64,000 nt of DNA from Candidatus Hydrothermarchaeales archaeon (GCA_036444275.1 JAZGAD010000047.1:1-64000); one strand, 5' to 3'. Positions 21,316-31,921 are shown, counted from the first letter of the stretch. The notes: generated by a model from the sequence alone, not told the origin. Program-made: numbers and translations.

Positions 21316-22073
21316 GCAGTATTCCTCCTCAACTCACCGAGGAGTTCTTCTACATCCTCTATCCCTGAGAGTATGACTGGAATCCTCTCTCTTTCAGCTA
21401 TCTCTATCCCTAACGCATCTACTTTCTTAAGCCCATGTAGGACCACGAGACCCGGTTTTATGCTGGAAACACGGATTGCGATGAAAGGCGACCTACCACC
21501 GCCAACCCTGGTGAATATCAAGGCCCTTTCAGACGTGAGCCCATAGATGCGGTAGAAGTCTCCAGAAGATAATTCCAATATTGCCGTCACGCTGTCTAGG
21601 GCCGTATAGCCGTAGACATCCTTGTTTAGTAATCCCTCGTTGACCACTACCGTCCCCTTAACTATATCTAGGATATCACTAGCTTTCATGGGCGATGCGA
21701 ATTCTTTCATGTCTAGGATGCCTTCTAGGCTGGGTGTACCACTTAGACCCTTGGTATATGCCTTTAATAAGCTGGAGCCTCTCTCGCTGTCTGCCTTTAC
21801 TAAAGCCTGGACTATCCTCTTGACCATCTTAGATCCAGGGCTCCTCCGCTTCCGCTCATAGTCGCTTATCACAGAAGATGAGACATCAAGGCTCTGTGAT
21901 AAATCACTCTGGGATATACCTACTAACTCCCTCCACTTCCGGATGGTCCTTCCTTGTTCGCCTGAAAGCACTATCTCTCCGGCCATCTTAGTGGAAAGTT
22001 CATCTTCCACGCTCAACGTATCACCTTCACCTTTCCCGAGTAAAGCAGAGGCACTATTTAAGGTTTTCGTCAA
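21312..22073 (-). CDS. Conserved archaeal HTH (XRE) transcriptional regulator upstream of HMGS (true start likely downstream of ORF start)
   Basis: AGEIVLS, RKWRE...[35 protein letters not shown]. Confidence 0.82.
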   Translation of the reverse strand: MTKTLNSASALLGKGEGDTLSVEDELSTKMAGEIVLSGEQGRTIRKWRELVGISQSDLSQSLDVSSSVISDYERKRRSPGSKMVKRIVQALVKADSERGSSLLKAYTKGLSGTPSLEGILDMKEFASPMKASDILDIVKGTVVVNEGLLNKDVYGYTALDSVTAILELSSGDFYRIYGLTSERALIFTRVGGGRSPFIAIRVSSIKPGLVVLHGLKKVDALGIEIAERERIPVILSGIEDVEELLGELRRNTA

Positions 22074-22144
22074 AAAACTTATATATTATAGACAATCGTC
22101 GAACAAAGGTTTAAATTCTTCCTTGGACGTTGGGAGATTTAGTT

Positions 22145-22219
22145 GGGGCCGTAGGGTAGCATGGTCGATCCTCGTGGCTTCGGGAGCCATGGACCTGAGT
22201 TCAAATCTCAGCGGCCCCA
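22145..22219 (+). tRNA. tRNA-Pro (anticodon CGG)
   Basis: GGGGCCG/CGGCCCC acceptor stem, anticodon arm GTGGC-TTCGGGA-GCCAT, T-loop GTTCAAATC; no encoded CCA. Confidence 0.95.
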
Positions 22220-22299
22220 TCAATAATTTCTGAATTATCTTCAGAGAAAATATAAATCCAAATGAAGCTCAGCAAAAACAGCTAGGACTGGATTCTTCA

Positions 22300-23220
22300 T
22301 CACGATAGAACAAGCTCGATCTCCAAGGTCTCTGCTATCTCTTTGTATCTATTCCTTATTGTGACTTCTGTTACGCCAGCGACATCGGCGACTTCCTTCT
22401 GCGTTCTTCTCTCCCCCATAAGCACACTGGCTATATAAATCGCGGCTGCTGATACTCCGGTTGGCCCTCTACCTGAAGTGAGCTCCTTGTCCATAGCCTT
22501 CTCTGATATTTCTACAGCACGACGCTGCACATCCGTATTCAAATTAAGCTCAGAGCAGAAGCGCGGGATATAGTCGATAGGCGTGGTGGGATTCAGGTTG
22601 AAGCTCAGCTCTCTAGAGATGTACCTGTATGCCTTGCCTATCTCCTTCCTACTCATGAGGGAAGCCTCTGCCACCTCATCGAGAGTGCGCGGTACCTTGC
22701 ACTGCCTGCAGGCAGCATATATGCATGCGGTGGCGACAGCCTCAATACTCCGCCCCCTTATCAGCCCCTTTGCCAGCGCTTTCCTGTAGACCATGGATGA
22801 CGCCTCGCGCACATTCTTGGAGAGATTCAGCTTTGAAGAGAGCTTGCTGAGCTCTACGAGGGCTATGGCGAGATTCCGCTCCTTTGCATTGGATATGCGG
22901 ACACGCTGTTGCCACTTCCTTATTCTGTAGAGCTGGGCCATCTTCCTCGAGGCTATGGGCCGCCCTGAAAAATCCTGATTCCGCCAATCTATAGTGGTAG
23001 ATAAACCCTTATCATGAACTAGATAATTCATTGGCGCTCCAGTGCGGCTACGCTTACTCATCTGCTCGCTGTCGAAGGCACGCCACTCAGGGCCATAGTC
23101 TATTATGTCTTCATCCACTACTCGCCCGCAGTCGTTACAAATTATCTCAGCCCGCTCATAGTCTTTAGTAAGGCTTTTGCTCCCGCATTCAGGGCAGGCA
23201 ATTGTGTACTCTACTTCCAT
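22300..23220 (-). CDS. tfb: Transcription initiation factor IIB
   Basis: CPECGS...CNDCG Zn ribbon, [26 protein letters not shown]; AGGTGA RBS before MEVEY. Confidence 0.96.
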   Translation of the reverse strand: MEVEYTIACPECGSKSLTKDYERAEIICNDCGRVVDEDIIDYGPEWRAFDSEQMSKRSRTGAPMNYLVHDKGLSTTIDWRNQDFSGRPIASRKMAQLYRIRKWQQRVRISNAKERNLAIALVELSKLSSKLNLSKNVREASSMVYRKALAKGLIRGRSIEAVATACIYAACRQCKVPRTLDEVAEASLMSRKEIGKAYRYISRELSFNLNPTTPIDYIPRFCSELNLNTDVQRRAVEISEKAMDKELTSGRGPTGVSAAAIYIASVLMGERRTQKEVADVAGVTEVTIRNRYKEIAETLEIELVLS

Positions 23221-23413
23221 GTTATCACCTAAAGCGCTTATACCTAACCTCAACAAATTATTTTCAGATAACCTCTAATGAGAATTAGATTTCAAGCCAG
23301 GCAGAAGTAAATCGTCGACAGTGGATTCCCAGCTCTAGATGTGACAAAAGACCCACCATTTTTTTGAAATTTTGCATTAAGCATGAAGCAATAGCATTCT
23401 TATATAACATTAT

Positions 23414-23438
23414 TTAACATTATATTTTCATATGTTAA
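23414..23438. promoter_or_regulatory. Inverted repeat TTAACAT-N11-ATGTTAA upstream of cdhC
   Basis: Perfect 7-bp arms plus TAACATTA direct repeat beside a TATA-like tract. Confidence 0.4.
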
Positions 23439-23487
23439 AATGGAGAAGTAGGCTACTATCCTGGCCTAAAAGTAAGAGGTAAAGCGC

Positions 23488-24855
23488 ATGATAAAGGACC
23501 TTCCGGTTGATGTCGGGCTTATCTACGAAGGGGAGAGGATAAGAAAGAATTTAATGTATGTGGACCTCGCCGGGCCTAAAAGCAAGGGGGCAGAGCTTCT
23601 TAGAGTGGCACCAGCGGCGAAGGTGAAGGACACCAAGGTAAAGGTTGTCGGCCTTGATATAACTGACATGGAAGAGGGCAAAGCATATCCATTCAGCATT
23701 CTGGTGGAAGTCGCCGGCAAAACATTGGAGGAGGACTTGGAAGGAGTCTTCGAGAGACGCATTCACTATTTCCTCAACTATATACAGGGCTTCATGCACC
23801 TCAACAGCAGGGACATAATATGGTGCAGGGTTGGCAAGGATTCAGCCAAGAAGGGCATTACTCTAAAACACATAGGGCAAGCCCTCATGGACCTCTTTAA
23901 ATCCGAGTTCGACACCATAGAGAAGATACAGGTGACCTTTTACACCAGCGATAAGGAGGTAGATAAGTTTCTAGCTAAAGCGAGGAAGGTCTATGAAAAA
24001 CGCGATTCCAGGATACGCGGTCTTCGCGATGAAGACGTCGATACATTTTATGGTTGTGCCCTGTGCCAGAGTTTCGCCCCGCAGCACCTATGTACGATAA
24101 CACCGAGTAGGACATCCTCCTGCGGATCTATATCCTGGTTCGAGGGCAGAGCTGCTGCCAAGGTGGACCCGAAGGGGCCTATATTCGCTATATCCAAGGG
24201 AGAACTAATAGATGAACTAAAGGGAGAGTACTCCGGGCCAGACGAAGCGACATATGAGCGCTCCAGTGGCACTGTATCCAAGGTATATCTGCATAGCCTC
24301 TTCGATTATCCTCACACATCCTGCGGTTGCTTTGAGGCCATAGCCTTCTACATGCCTGATGTGGATGGGATAGGGATCGTATCCAGGAGCTTTAATGGAA
24401 AGACGCCCTTTGGTATACCATTCTCAACTATAGCTGGACAGGTTGGCGGCGGCTTGCAGAGCACTGGATTCGCCGGTATAGCCGTAGAGTATCTGCGCTC
24501 ACCCAAATACCTCCAAGCAGACGGCGGCTGGGAGCGAACAGTCTGGTTGCCCAAGGAACTCAAGGAGAGGATCGGCGATGACATACCAGAGCACATGAGG
24601 GATAAGATAGCCACTGAGGAGGACGCTACAGATCTAGAATCCTTAAAGAAATTCCTCCAAGAAAAAGGACATCCAGTCATTGAGCGGTGGAAAAAAGAAG
24701 CTGTCGAGGTAGAAAAAACGAGTAAGCCTGTTGAGGTATCAGAGCTTCAGGTACTTGAGGGCATGCCGCTTGATGGAAGTGGGGTAACTATCGTCTTCAA
24801 GAACGCCAAGATCTATGCTGAAAAGGTGATCATCAAGCGGAAGGGGACGAGATAA
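23488..24855 (+). CDS. cdhC: Acetyl-CoA decarbonylase/synthase beta subunit (ACS)
   Basis: EGERIRK, FYGCALCQSFAP.H.C..TP.R...CG, HTSCGCFE A-cluster ligands. Confidence 0.95.
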   Translation: MIKDLPVDVGLIYEGERIRKNLMYVDLAGPKSKGAELLRVAPAAKVKDTKVKVVGLDITDMEEGKAYPFSILVEVAGKTLEEDLEGVFERRIHYFLNYIQGFMHLNSRDIIWCRVGKDSAKKGITLKHIGQALMDLFKSEFDTIEKIQVTFYTSDKEVDKFLAKARKVYEKRDSRIRGLRDEDVDTFYGCALCQSFAPQHLCTITPSRTSSCGSISWFEGRAAAKVDPKGPIFAISKGELIDELKGEYSGPDEATYERSSGTVSKVYLHSLFDYPHTSCGCFEAIAFYMPDVDGIGIVSRSFNGKTPFGIPFSTIAGQVGGGLQSTGFAGIAVEYLRSPKYLQADGGWERTVWLPKELKERIGDDIPEHMRDKIATEEDATDLESLKKFLQEKGHPVIERWKKEAVEVEKTSKPVEVSELQVLEGMPLDGSGVTIVFKNAKIYAEKVIIKRKGTR

Positions 24856-26003
24856 TGAGGTATGATCTCGATGAACTTATCGCCTCCTTAGTTGATGCGG
24901 AAACAGTCGAACTTGAGAATGTCACTATAGATACTGAAGAACTGGTCCTTGAAATCAGGAGGCTCGCAGGAGCCCGAAGACCTCTACATCCACCTATTCT
25001 GAAGCCCGAGAGACTGAAATTCCAAGTTCCCAAGGGAGAGTACAGGGGAGAAGTAGTAGAAGTGCAGTTCGGGGCTACGAAGGGCGATGGCGGGACTAGA
25101 GGAAAGGCAATTAAGATAGGTGGACAGCGAAGCCTCTACTCCTTTGAGGATGGCATGCCAAATAGACCAGTTATCGCATATGATGTCTTCGATATGCCTA
25201 TGCCAAGCTTTGCTAAATCGCTGAGAGAGGAGTGGCAGGATGCCTGGGATACCCCAGCGGAATGGGCAAAGAAAGCTGTGAAGCTGGGTGCAGATATGAT
25301 AACCCTCCACTTAATATCAACAGATCCAGGGATCAAAGATACCTCTCCTAAGGAAGCTGCTAAAACCGTGGAGGACGTGCTGCAGGCCGTAGATGTTCCC
25401 TTGGTTATCGGGGGCTCAGGTAATCCAGAGAAGGACCCTGTGCTCTTCGAGAAGGTAGCTGAAGCTGCTGAGGGGGAGCTATGCCTACTCGCCTCTGCAA
25501 ACCTTGACTTGGATCATAAGAGGATAGTGGATGCTGCCAATAAGTACCGACACAACGTCCTATCCTGGACTTCTATGAATATAACAGACCAGCAGATGCT
25601 CAATAAACTCCTCCTCGACGAAGGGCTTCCGCAGGAGCGCATGGTCCAAGATCCCACTACAGGAGCGCTCGGCTATGGTTTGGAGTACACGTATTCCATC
25701 ATTGAAAGGCTTAAGCTCAGCGCACTTAAGGGAGAGAAGATATTGCAGAGCCCTATCTCCTGCGGTGTGACAAATGCATGGGCCGCTAGAGAAGCCTGGA
25801 TGAATGAGCCTAGCTGGGGTGCACGGGAGTACCGCGGTCCCCTGTGGGAGATAGTAACTGCAGTCACTGTGCTATTGGCAGGAGCTGACATGATGATGAT
25901 GCTTCACCCTGGAGCCGTGAAGGCTGTGAAGGATATAATAGGGGCTATATCTGGAGAATTGAAAACCGAGCCCCTAGCTTACGAGGAATGGATCGCTCTA
26001 TAG
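24855..26003 (+). CDS. cdhD: ACDS delta subunit (corrinoid Fe-S protein small subunit)
   Basis: GATKGDGGTR, GGSGNPEKD, DPTTGALGYGLEY, NAWAAREAW. Confidence 0.95.
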   Translation: MRYDLDELIASLVDAETVELENVTIDTEELVLEIRRLAGARRPLHPPILKPERLKFQVPKGEYRGEVVEVQFGATKGDGGTRGKAIKIGGQRSLYSFEDGMPNRPVIAYDVFDMPMPSFAKSLREEWQDAWDTPAEWAKKAVKLGADMITLHLISTDPGIKDTSPKEAAKTVEDVLQAVDVPLVIGGSGNPEKDPVLFEKVAEAAEGELCLLASANLDLDHKRIVDAANKYRHNVLSWTSMNITDQQMLNKLLLDEGLPQERMVQDPTTGALGYGLEYTYSIIERLKLSALKGEKILQSPISCGVTNAWAAREAWMNEPSWGAREYRGPLWEIVTAVTVLLAGADMMMMLHPGAVKAVKDIIGAISGELKTEPLAYEEWIAL

Positions 26004-26010
26004 GGGGCCT

Positions 26011-27435
26011 GTGATGGTCAAGATATCACCACTGGAGATATACAAGCTCCTCCCAGGTACCAACTGCAAAGAGTGCGGCGAGGAGAGCTGCATGGCATTT
26101 GCCTCCAAGCTCATTGAGAGAGCGAAGGGAGTGGGAGATTGCCCACCTCTTGCAGAGGATAAATATTTAGAAAAGAGGGAGAAGCTGATAGAGCTCGTTA
26201 CACCCCCGGTGAAGGAAGTAGTTGTAGGTGTTGGGGAAAGAGCAGTTGCTATCGGTGGGGAGGAAGTCATGTATCGCCATGAGCTCACCTTCTTCAACAA
26301 GACAGCCTTCTTCATAGATGTTCACGATGAGATGAGCCAAGAGGAGTTGGCAAAGAAGGTTGAAGCCATAGACAAGTTCACCTTTGGAAGGGTCGGCCAA
26401 GAGTTGAAGCTCCAGGGGGTAGCGGTTAGGGCTAAGAGCGGGGAGCCCACGAAGTTCGGCGAGGCAGTGCTAGTAGTGACTGAGAAAACCGACCTCCCTC
26501 TAATGCTCTGCTCCTATGATCCAAAGCTGCTGGAAGTGGCTCTGGAGATAGCATTGGATAGAAGGCCTCTCATCTATGCGGCGACAAAGGATAACTGGGA
26601 GCAGGTTGTGAATCTAGCCCTGAAGCATGCCTGCCCGGTAGTTGTGTCGTCGCCAGGCGACATAGAGGGATTGATTGAGCTATCACAGAACTTGATGGAG
26701 AATGGAATAGAGGATATTGTCTTGGACATAGGCACTTATCCTGACGGTGGACAGCTTAAAGCCATGGAGGAGAATCTGGTCATGCTCAGGAGATCTGCTA
26801 TAGAGGAAGAGGTAAAGCCCTTGGGATTCCCCATCTTGGGCGTGCCGATGGTAGCTGGTATGAGGGAGAAAGATCCAGTTAAGGCTGCTATGGCAGAGGT
26901 AACACTAGGTGCTTCGTTGATACTGAAATACTGCGATATCATGGTAGTTAGCTCCATGGAGGTCTGGTCCCTTTTACCACTTCTCACCATACGGCAGAAT
27001 ATCTACACGGATCCGAGGATGCCCCTCCAGGTGGAAGCAGGTCTCAAGATTCTAGGCAGCCCCGACGAGAATGCACCTGTCTTTCTCACCTCCAATTTCG
27101 CCTTGACCTATTACACTGTGGCATCTGATCTGGAGGCAGCGAAGATACCATGCTATGTATTAGTAGCTGATACAGATGGACACGCAGTGGAGGTAAGCAT
27201 GGCTGGTCAGAAGCTAACTGCAGACGTGGTCAAAAACGTTCTAGAGTCTTCTAAGGTCGCGGAAAAAGTGAAGCATAAAAAGCTCATCATTCCTGGTAGA
27301 GCATCTAGGATAAGCGGAGAGATCGAAGACGCTACGGGCTGGGAGGTAATGGTGGGTCCCATAGACTCGGCCAGAATACCAAAGTTCCTGGATGAAAAGT
27401 GGAATGGCACGGCAGTCAGTAAAGGTCGTCAATAA
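26011..27435 (+). CDS. cdhE: ACDS gamma subunit (corrinoid Fe-S protein large subunit)
   Basis: LPGTNCKECG..CMAFA...CP Fe-S motif, GGEEVMYRHE, NIYTDPR, TSNFALTY. Confidence 0.95.
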   Translation: MMVKISPLEIYKLLPGTNCKECGEESCMAFASKLIERAKGVGDCPPLAEDKYLEKREKLIELVTPPVKEVVVGVGERAVAIGGEEVMYRHELTFFNKTAFFIDVHDEMSQEELAKKVEAIDKFTFGRVGQELKLQGVAVRAKSGEPTKFGEAVLVVTEKTDLPLMLCSYDPKLLEVALEIALDRRPLIYAATKDNWEQVVNLALKHACPVVVSSPGDIEGLIELSQNLMENGIEDIVLDIGTYPDGGQLKAMEENLVMLRRSAIEEEVKPLGFPILGVPMVAGMREKDPVKAAMAEVTLGASLILKYCDIMVVSSMEVWSLLPLLTIRQNIYTDPRMPLQVEAGLKILGSPDENAPVFLTSNFALTYYTVASDLEAAKIPCYVLVADTDGHAVEVSMAGQKLTADVVKNVLESSKVAEKVKHKKLIIPGRASRISGEIEDATGWEVMVGPIDSARIPKFLDEKWNGTAVSKGRQ

Positions 27436-27667
27436 ATCGTTGGAGCTCCTCCAGGTCCTCTTCTACCCTCTCTTCTACTTTTTCTTCTGCCTGAAACAGC
27501 TCTTTCTTCATCTGTTTCTTCTTCTCTTTGTATTCCTCGATATCACGCAGGAGGCGGCTTATCGCTGTCCTACAGAAATCAGACATGCTGGAGAACATCC
27601 CCTTGTCTATCAGGACTTGGATCTTCTCCTTATCATCGCTAGGTATTTTAGCACTTAGGGAAGCCAT
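27416..27667 (-). CDS. Ribbon-helix-helix (CopG/Arc) DNA-binding protein with acidic coiled tail
   Basis: SLSAKIP....KIQVLIDKGMFSSMSDFCRTAISRLL. Confidence 0.75.
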   Translation of the reverse strand: MASLSAKIPSDDKEKIQVLIDKGMFSSMSDFCRTAISRLLRDIEEYKEKKKQMKKELFQAEEKVEERVEEDLEELQRFIDDLY

Positions 27668-28193
27668 GTTAAACCCTCTTTGGATATTTAAATTTAAATA
27701 ATGTTCTCAGCAGTGATGTTTTTTGGGGTATGGTTAGGGGTGACAGGCAGAAAGCAACGGCAGGTAAGTAGATTAATTTGACTTCAACTTTCTGGGCCAT
27801 CGCGCTTCGCCTTCTTCATCGCGCCGACGCCCTACTCTCCGGCTTGAGCTTCACGAGCAATATAGAGCCCAATGCAGCCCCAGGATGAGTGAAGTAGGGT
27901 ATGCTGACCTGCGCTTGCACCGCACCTCTAAAAGTGTAATACACTGCAAATAACTGATTATTATGATTTTCCACATTCGTATGAAGCGTGTGATAAATAA
28001 CTGTTATAACGCTGTAGAGTCCTACAAGTTTGAGCCTTATAAAGCCCTCTATTTTCTATGTCTTCTTTCAACATTCCAACTATCACTCCCCGTGCTCCAG
28101 AAACACCTTTAGCAATGCCTTAATCCCCTTGTCTCTTAGAAGGCCAAAACTGGATCGCCAGCACTTTATCGACGGAGTTAATACTAGTCCAGT

Positions 28194-29102
28194 CTATTTG
28201 GACGCACTATCTTCCTTTTCTTTTTCTGATTCAGCAAGATATACTCCGAAGAGCACGAGCGCTGCATTAGCAATTACGAAGCCTGTGACGGCCTCCTGGA
28301 GAAAGAAGTAGGCGAAGATTGTTGCAAAAACCGGTATAAAGAAGATGAAGAAGCTCACCTTCGAGGCTTCCATCCTCTTCAATGCCTCAAACCAAAACAA
28401 GAATGCAACAGCTGTAGGCAGAATCGCCAGTGCAATAACTATGCCCCATGCATGTGGACTGAGACGCAGTACCACATCTACAGGCTCGTAGAATGGTGTA
28501 AACGCAATAAGTAGGAGGGAGCCCAAGATAGTGCTCCAGCTGACAACGAGTATTGGATCTCTGTCGCGTACTCCGATTTTAGCGAGAATAGTGGACGGGC
28601 CGTAGCTGACAGCTGAAAGCAGTAAGAGGATATTCCCAAATGTGTGACTGGACAGTTCCCTCACAGCAGCGATATCACCCTGGGTGGAAATCATAGCGGC
28701 GCCAAATAGAGCTATGCCTATGCCGATTATCTTCCTTGCACCGAGACTCTCCCCCAGGAAAATAGCAGCTAATACAGCGACAAATATCGGTCCGGTTGCC
28801 ATGAGAATGCTCGAGATAGAAGCTGTCGTGTACTGCATGCCAATGTTCTGTAGAACGTTAGGAAGGAATATCCCGGTAAATCCTATGCCAGATAATATCA
28901 AGAAGTCCTCTTTGAGGCAGCCGATGCTCTCCCTCAACTTATACCGTGATATAGCAGCTAAGAAAATCAGAGAAGCAAAGGAGAAACGTAGGGTGGCTAG
29001 GGTGACAGGCGGGATCTCCTCTAAACCTACTTTGATAAGAACAAAAGAGGCACCCCACATGAGGGTCGCAGCTAGGAGTAGAAGGGTCGCTATCGTTATC
29101 AT
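28194..29102 (-). CDS. DMT/EamA family transporter
   Basis: WGASFVLIK, ATLRF, ~10 TM helices in two EamA repeats, PVFATIFAYFFLQE. Confidence 0.9.
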   Translation of the reverse strand: MITIATLLLLAATLMWGASFVLIKVGLEEIPPVTLATLRFSFASLIFLAAISRYKLRESIGCLKEDFLILSGIGFTGIFLPNVLQNIGMQYTTASISSILMATGPIFVAVLAAIFLGESLGARKIIGIGIALFGAAMISTQGDIAAVRELSSHTFGNILLLLSAVSYGPSTILAKIGVRDRDPILVVSWSTILGSLLLIAFTPFYEPVDVVLRLSPHAWGIVIALAILPTAVAFLFWFEALKRMEASKVSFFIFFIPVFATIFAYFFLQEAVTGFVIANAALVLFGVYLAESEKEKEDSASK

Positions 29103-29207
29103 TATTTGTACCCTTCCAAGCTCTCAGCAGCATATTCTATGACGCCTGAGAAGAAGTCTCTGGTTTCTGAATCTAAATTTGCAGGCATTCCCTCATAAAG
29201 CTCCACT

Positions 29208-29903
29208 TTACCGCCTCTTACCCGTTAGTAGGACGTGGTCCTTATCATATGGTTCAAGATTCAGCGAAACAATCTTGAAGCCAGCTTCCTTAAGCCTCAA
29301 TTCTTCTCTTCTAAAGATCGCCTCTGGTTCCTCGGTGACATCTATACTCCTCGCCTTTACAGCCATAGCGACATACCCCCCTGTCTTTAGATAGAGGCCA
29401 GCATTCTCCAGCAATATCTCACCCTGGTTTGGCTGGGCTATATCCTGATAGACGAGGTCGCACTTCTCCAAGAAAGAGAGATATCTTCTGGGTTGAGAGG
29501 CATCTGCGAGGATCGGTATCATATTCTTTCTTGGCTCGCACACATACATGAGCTCCCTGAAGACCCTGGGAGAAAAGTCCACACAATATACCATACCATC
29601 AGCGGCGATGTCTGAGACATGAGATGCAGTAGTGCCAGAGGCAGCACCCAGGTAGAGAATCCTTGAATCTCTTTTAATGGGAAGATTTTCTAGCCCGTTG
29701 TATATAGCAGCAGCAAGCTTGCTCCTCTTAGGGTTCCAGAGACGGTACTCCACGCCGTTCACAGGTACAAGCCTCTCCCCATAGACAGCTGTCCCCGGAA
29801 CGAGGTTCTTGGTCGCTAACCTATCTCCTATAACGGCTAGGTTATCTACAGCATTTACATCGAGCTTGAATATAGACTCATTACCCTTCGGGTGCCTCGC
29901 CAT
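29208..29903 (-). CDS. flpA: Fibrillarin-like rRNA/tRNA 2'-O-methyltransferase
   Basis: VYGER, YRLWNPKRSKLAAAI, LYLGAASGTTASHVSDI, QDIAQPNQ. Confidence 0.96.
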   Translation of the reverse strand: MARHPKGNESIFKLDVNAVDNLAVIGDRLATKNLVPGTAVYGERLVPVNGVEYRLWNPKRSKLAAAIYNGLENLPIKRDSRILYLGAASGTTASHVSDIAADGMVYCVDFSPRVFRELMYVCEPRKNMIPILADASQPRRYLSFLEKCDLVYQDIAQPNQGEILLENAGLYLKTGGYVAMAVKARSIDVTEEPEAIFRREELRLKEAGFKIVSLNLEPYDKDHVLLTGKRR

Positions 29904-30040
29904 TAGCTCTCTTCCTTTTGCATCTCATCGTAAAAGGTGTCCCTGCAGTTCCTGCTGCAGAAGAACAACCCGTCTCCACATCCCTGATAGGCCTCGTCTT
30001 CCTCCACCTTCTCACTGCAGTAGCTACACGTCACCTTCAT
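29903..30040 (-). CDS. 45-aa TRASH/YHS-like Zn-finger micro-protein (not in ORF track)
   Basis: Manual translation MKVTCSYCSEKVEEDEAYQGCGDGLFFCSRNCRDTFYDEMQKEES; start overlaps nop5 stop (ATGA), stop overlaps flpA start (TAATG). Confidence 0.8.
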   Translation of the reverse strand: MKVTCSYCSEKVEEDEAYQGCGDGLFFCSRNCRDTFYDEMQKEES

Positions 30041-31164
30041 TTTGACCACTTTCTGCCTTTCTTCCTCTTATTTTTTCTGCCTTGCGGTCTTTCTCTGCGT
30101 ATTATTCTCATTCTTTTTGGCTCGGGCAGCTTCCTCACTTCGGCCACTCTTGCAGCGAGGGCGTCCTTCAGCTCATCAGCTATATACGCTTTTGAATAGG
30201 CGTCTGCCCTTGCCGCGATCGCAATCTTACCAGCGAAGCTCCTGGCTATCCTTCCTCTCTGCCACCATGGCGCTGTTTTAATAAGCGGGTGCTGGAAGAT
30301 GGCACCATGTTTCGGCGGAGTTCCCTTCTTCCGGAGGTGTCTGAATAAGGCCTTCTCTGCTCCGATCACCTGAATCCTGCTTCCAGGCATTCTGGCCAGT
30401 TTCTCTAGGCCGCCTGCTAGAGAGATGAGTTTGGCGCCCACAAGGGCACCTGCTAAACTAGATAGATTCGGAGCAACCTCTTGCATCTTATAAGATATAT
30501 AGCCATCTAGCTCCGATCTAAATTCATAGAGCGTGCATACTTGCTCCGCAAACTTTGAGAGTATATTGCTGTCCTTTTCACCTATCTCCGCGCCTGCTGA
30601 TGTAGCAGCGAGCTCCCTGAATTCCGAGCTGGCCTTGAAGCGCTCTCTGGAGCCGAATTCCCTTAGCAATCTGGCGTACTTCTCGTGGTCCTCCACCTTG
30701 TCCAGCTCTGGGAAGTGTAGGGAATACCACTCCCTAATCCGCTCTGAAAGGATATTCAAGCTTTCATCAACATCGGCTAGAGCCTCAGCAGCCTGTATAA
30801 TGAGTCCGTCCTCTCTCCCGAAGGCCTCCTTCATCTCGCTCTTAGCAGTAGAGATGGATACCTCTCTAAGGATATTTTCGTATTCCTCCCTTGATACATC
30901 GAGCTCTTTGAGGATACCATCCAATTTGCTCACCAAGAACTCCCCAGCTGGATTTGTAACGCGAGCATCCTCGAAGATGCATTCATATCCGCTCAGCTTC
31001 TCTATAATCCTCTTTCCCTCGAGCGTTGATGCACTGTAAGTCCTTAACTTCTCCGAGATCTCTTTTGTATCTCTAGGGAATGCCTCGTAGACAAGGAGCT
31101 CGCCCTCCTTGGTAAAGGCAAAAAGTCCAAGGACGTTGCCTGCCACATATGCTTTTTTCGACAT
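30037..31164 (-). CDS. nop5: Box C/D RNP protein Nop5 (Nop56/58)
   Basis: ERIREWYSLHFPEL, APNLSSLAG, IQVIGAEKALFRHL, PPKHGAIFQHP. Confidence 0.96.
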   Translation of the reverse strand: MSKKAYVAGNVLGLFAFTKEGELLVYEAFPRDTKEISEKLRTYSASTLEGKRIIEKLSGYECIFEDARVTNPAGEFLVSKLDGILKELDVSREEYENILREVSISTAKSEMKEAFGREDGLIIQAAEALADVDESLNILSERIREWYSLHFPELDKVEDHEKYARLLREFGSRERFKASSEFRELAATSAGAEIGEKDSNILSKFAEQVCTLYEFRSELDGYISYKMQEVAPNLSSLAGALVGAKLISLAGGLEKLARMPGSRIQVIGAEKALFRHLRKKGTPPKHGAIFQHPLIKTAPWWQRGRIARSFAGKIAIAARADAYSKAYIADELKDALAARVAEVRKLPEPKRMRIIRRERPQGRKNKRKKGRKWSK

Positions 31165-31173
31165 AGCTTCACC

Positions 31174-31917
31174 TTAAGTGGTGCTCTTGAATAGTTGACT
31201 GCCCACCGCAGTACTGAAGATCAGGAACGCTAGCACAATAAGGAAATCCACCCATAGGGGGAACTGCGACATCCCTATCAAAGAACCTCTAAGCCCATCC
31301 ACCCCGTAAGTCAAGGGGTCTGCATAAGATAGCATCTTAAGCCATGTGGGGAGCCTATCTAGGGGGAAGAGAGCGCCAGATAGGAAGAAAACAGGCAGGA
31401 CAACGAAGCTCATGATGAGTTGGAAGCCGTGTGGATCCTCCATCTTTGATGCAAAGGCGATGCCCAAGCTTATAAAGGAGGCTGATATGAGCATCATGAA
31501 CACTATGGATATGAGGACGCCTTCCCAGCCCACGATTTTTACTCCCATAAGTATGGATATCATCAGTATCACTATCCCTTGAAGTGTGGATATAGTAGCT
31601 CCTCCTAGCGTCTTACCAATGACTACTGCCGCCCTACTTACCGGTGCAACTAGGATCTCCTTGAGGAAGCCGAACTGTCTGTCCCACAGCACTGATAGTC
31701 CTGAGAACATCGCTGAGAAGATAAGGGACATGCCTATTATTCCTGGCGCCATAAAGGTTAGGTAATCGGTTGAGAGGTCCATGCGAAAAGATGATTTAAA
31801 GCCTATGCCTACGAAGGCAAGCCAGAAGAACGGGGTTGCTATACTTCCAAGCAATCTGCTCCTAGCCCTTAAGAACAGTTTCATCTCCCTCAGCCAAATT
31901 GTCGATACTGCACCCAT
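31174..31917 (-). CDS. ABC-2 type exporter permease
   Basis: DRQFGFLKEILVAPVSR, FLSGALFPL, PLTYGVDGLR. Confidence 0.9.
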   Translation of the reverse strand: MGAVSTIWLREMKLFLRARSRLLGSIATPFFWLAFVGIGFKSSFRMDLSTDYLTFMAPGIIGMSLIFSAMFSGLSVLWDRQFGFLKEILVAPVSRAAVVIGKTLGGATISTLQGIVILMISILMGVKIVGWEGVLISIVFMMLISASFISLGIAFASKMEDPHGFQLIMSFVVLPVFFLSGALFPLDRLPTWLKMLSYADPLTYGVDGLRGSLIGMSQFPLWVDFLIVLAFLIFSTAVGSQLFKSTT

Positions 31918-31921
31918 AATG

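Noticed and set aside
22145-22219. tRNA-Pro (and tRNA-Ala at 50920) as integration sites
   Set aside because: No duplicated tRNA 3' ends or integrase seen in the window
27700-28190. Long intergenic region considered for SRP/RNase P RNA or a 34-aa minus-strand ORF (27816-27920)
   Set aside because: No SRP helix-8 or RNase P conserved motifs seen; the GAGGTG is only 2 nt from the GTG and the peptide has no recognisable features
29105-29200. Possible C/D box sRNA next to fibrillarin (two CTGA motifs)
   Set aside because: No convincing RTGATGA C box with correct spacing
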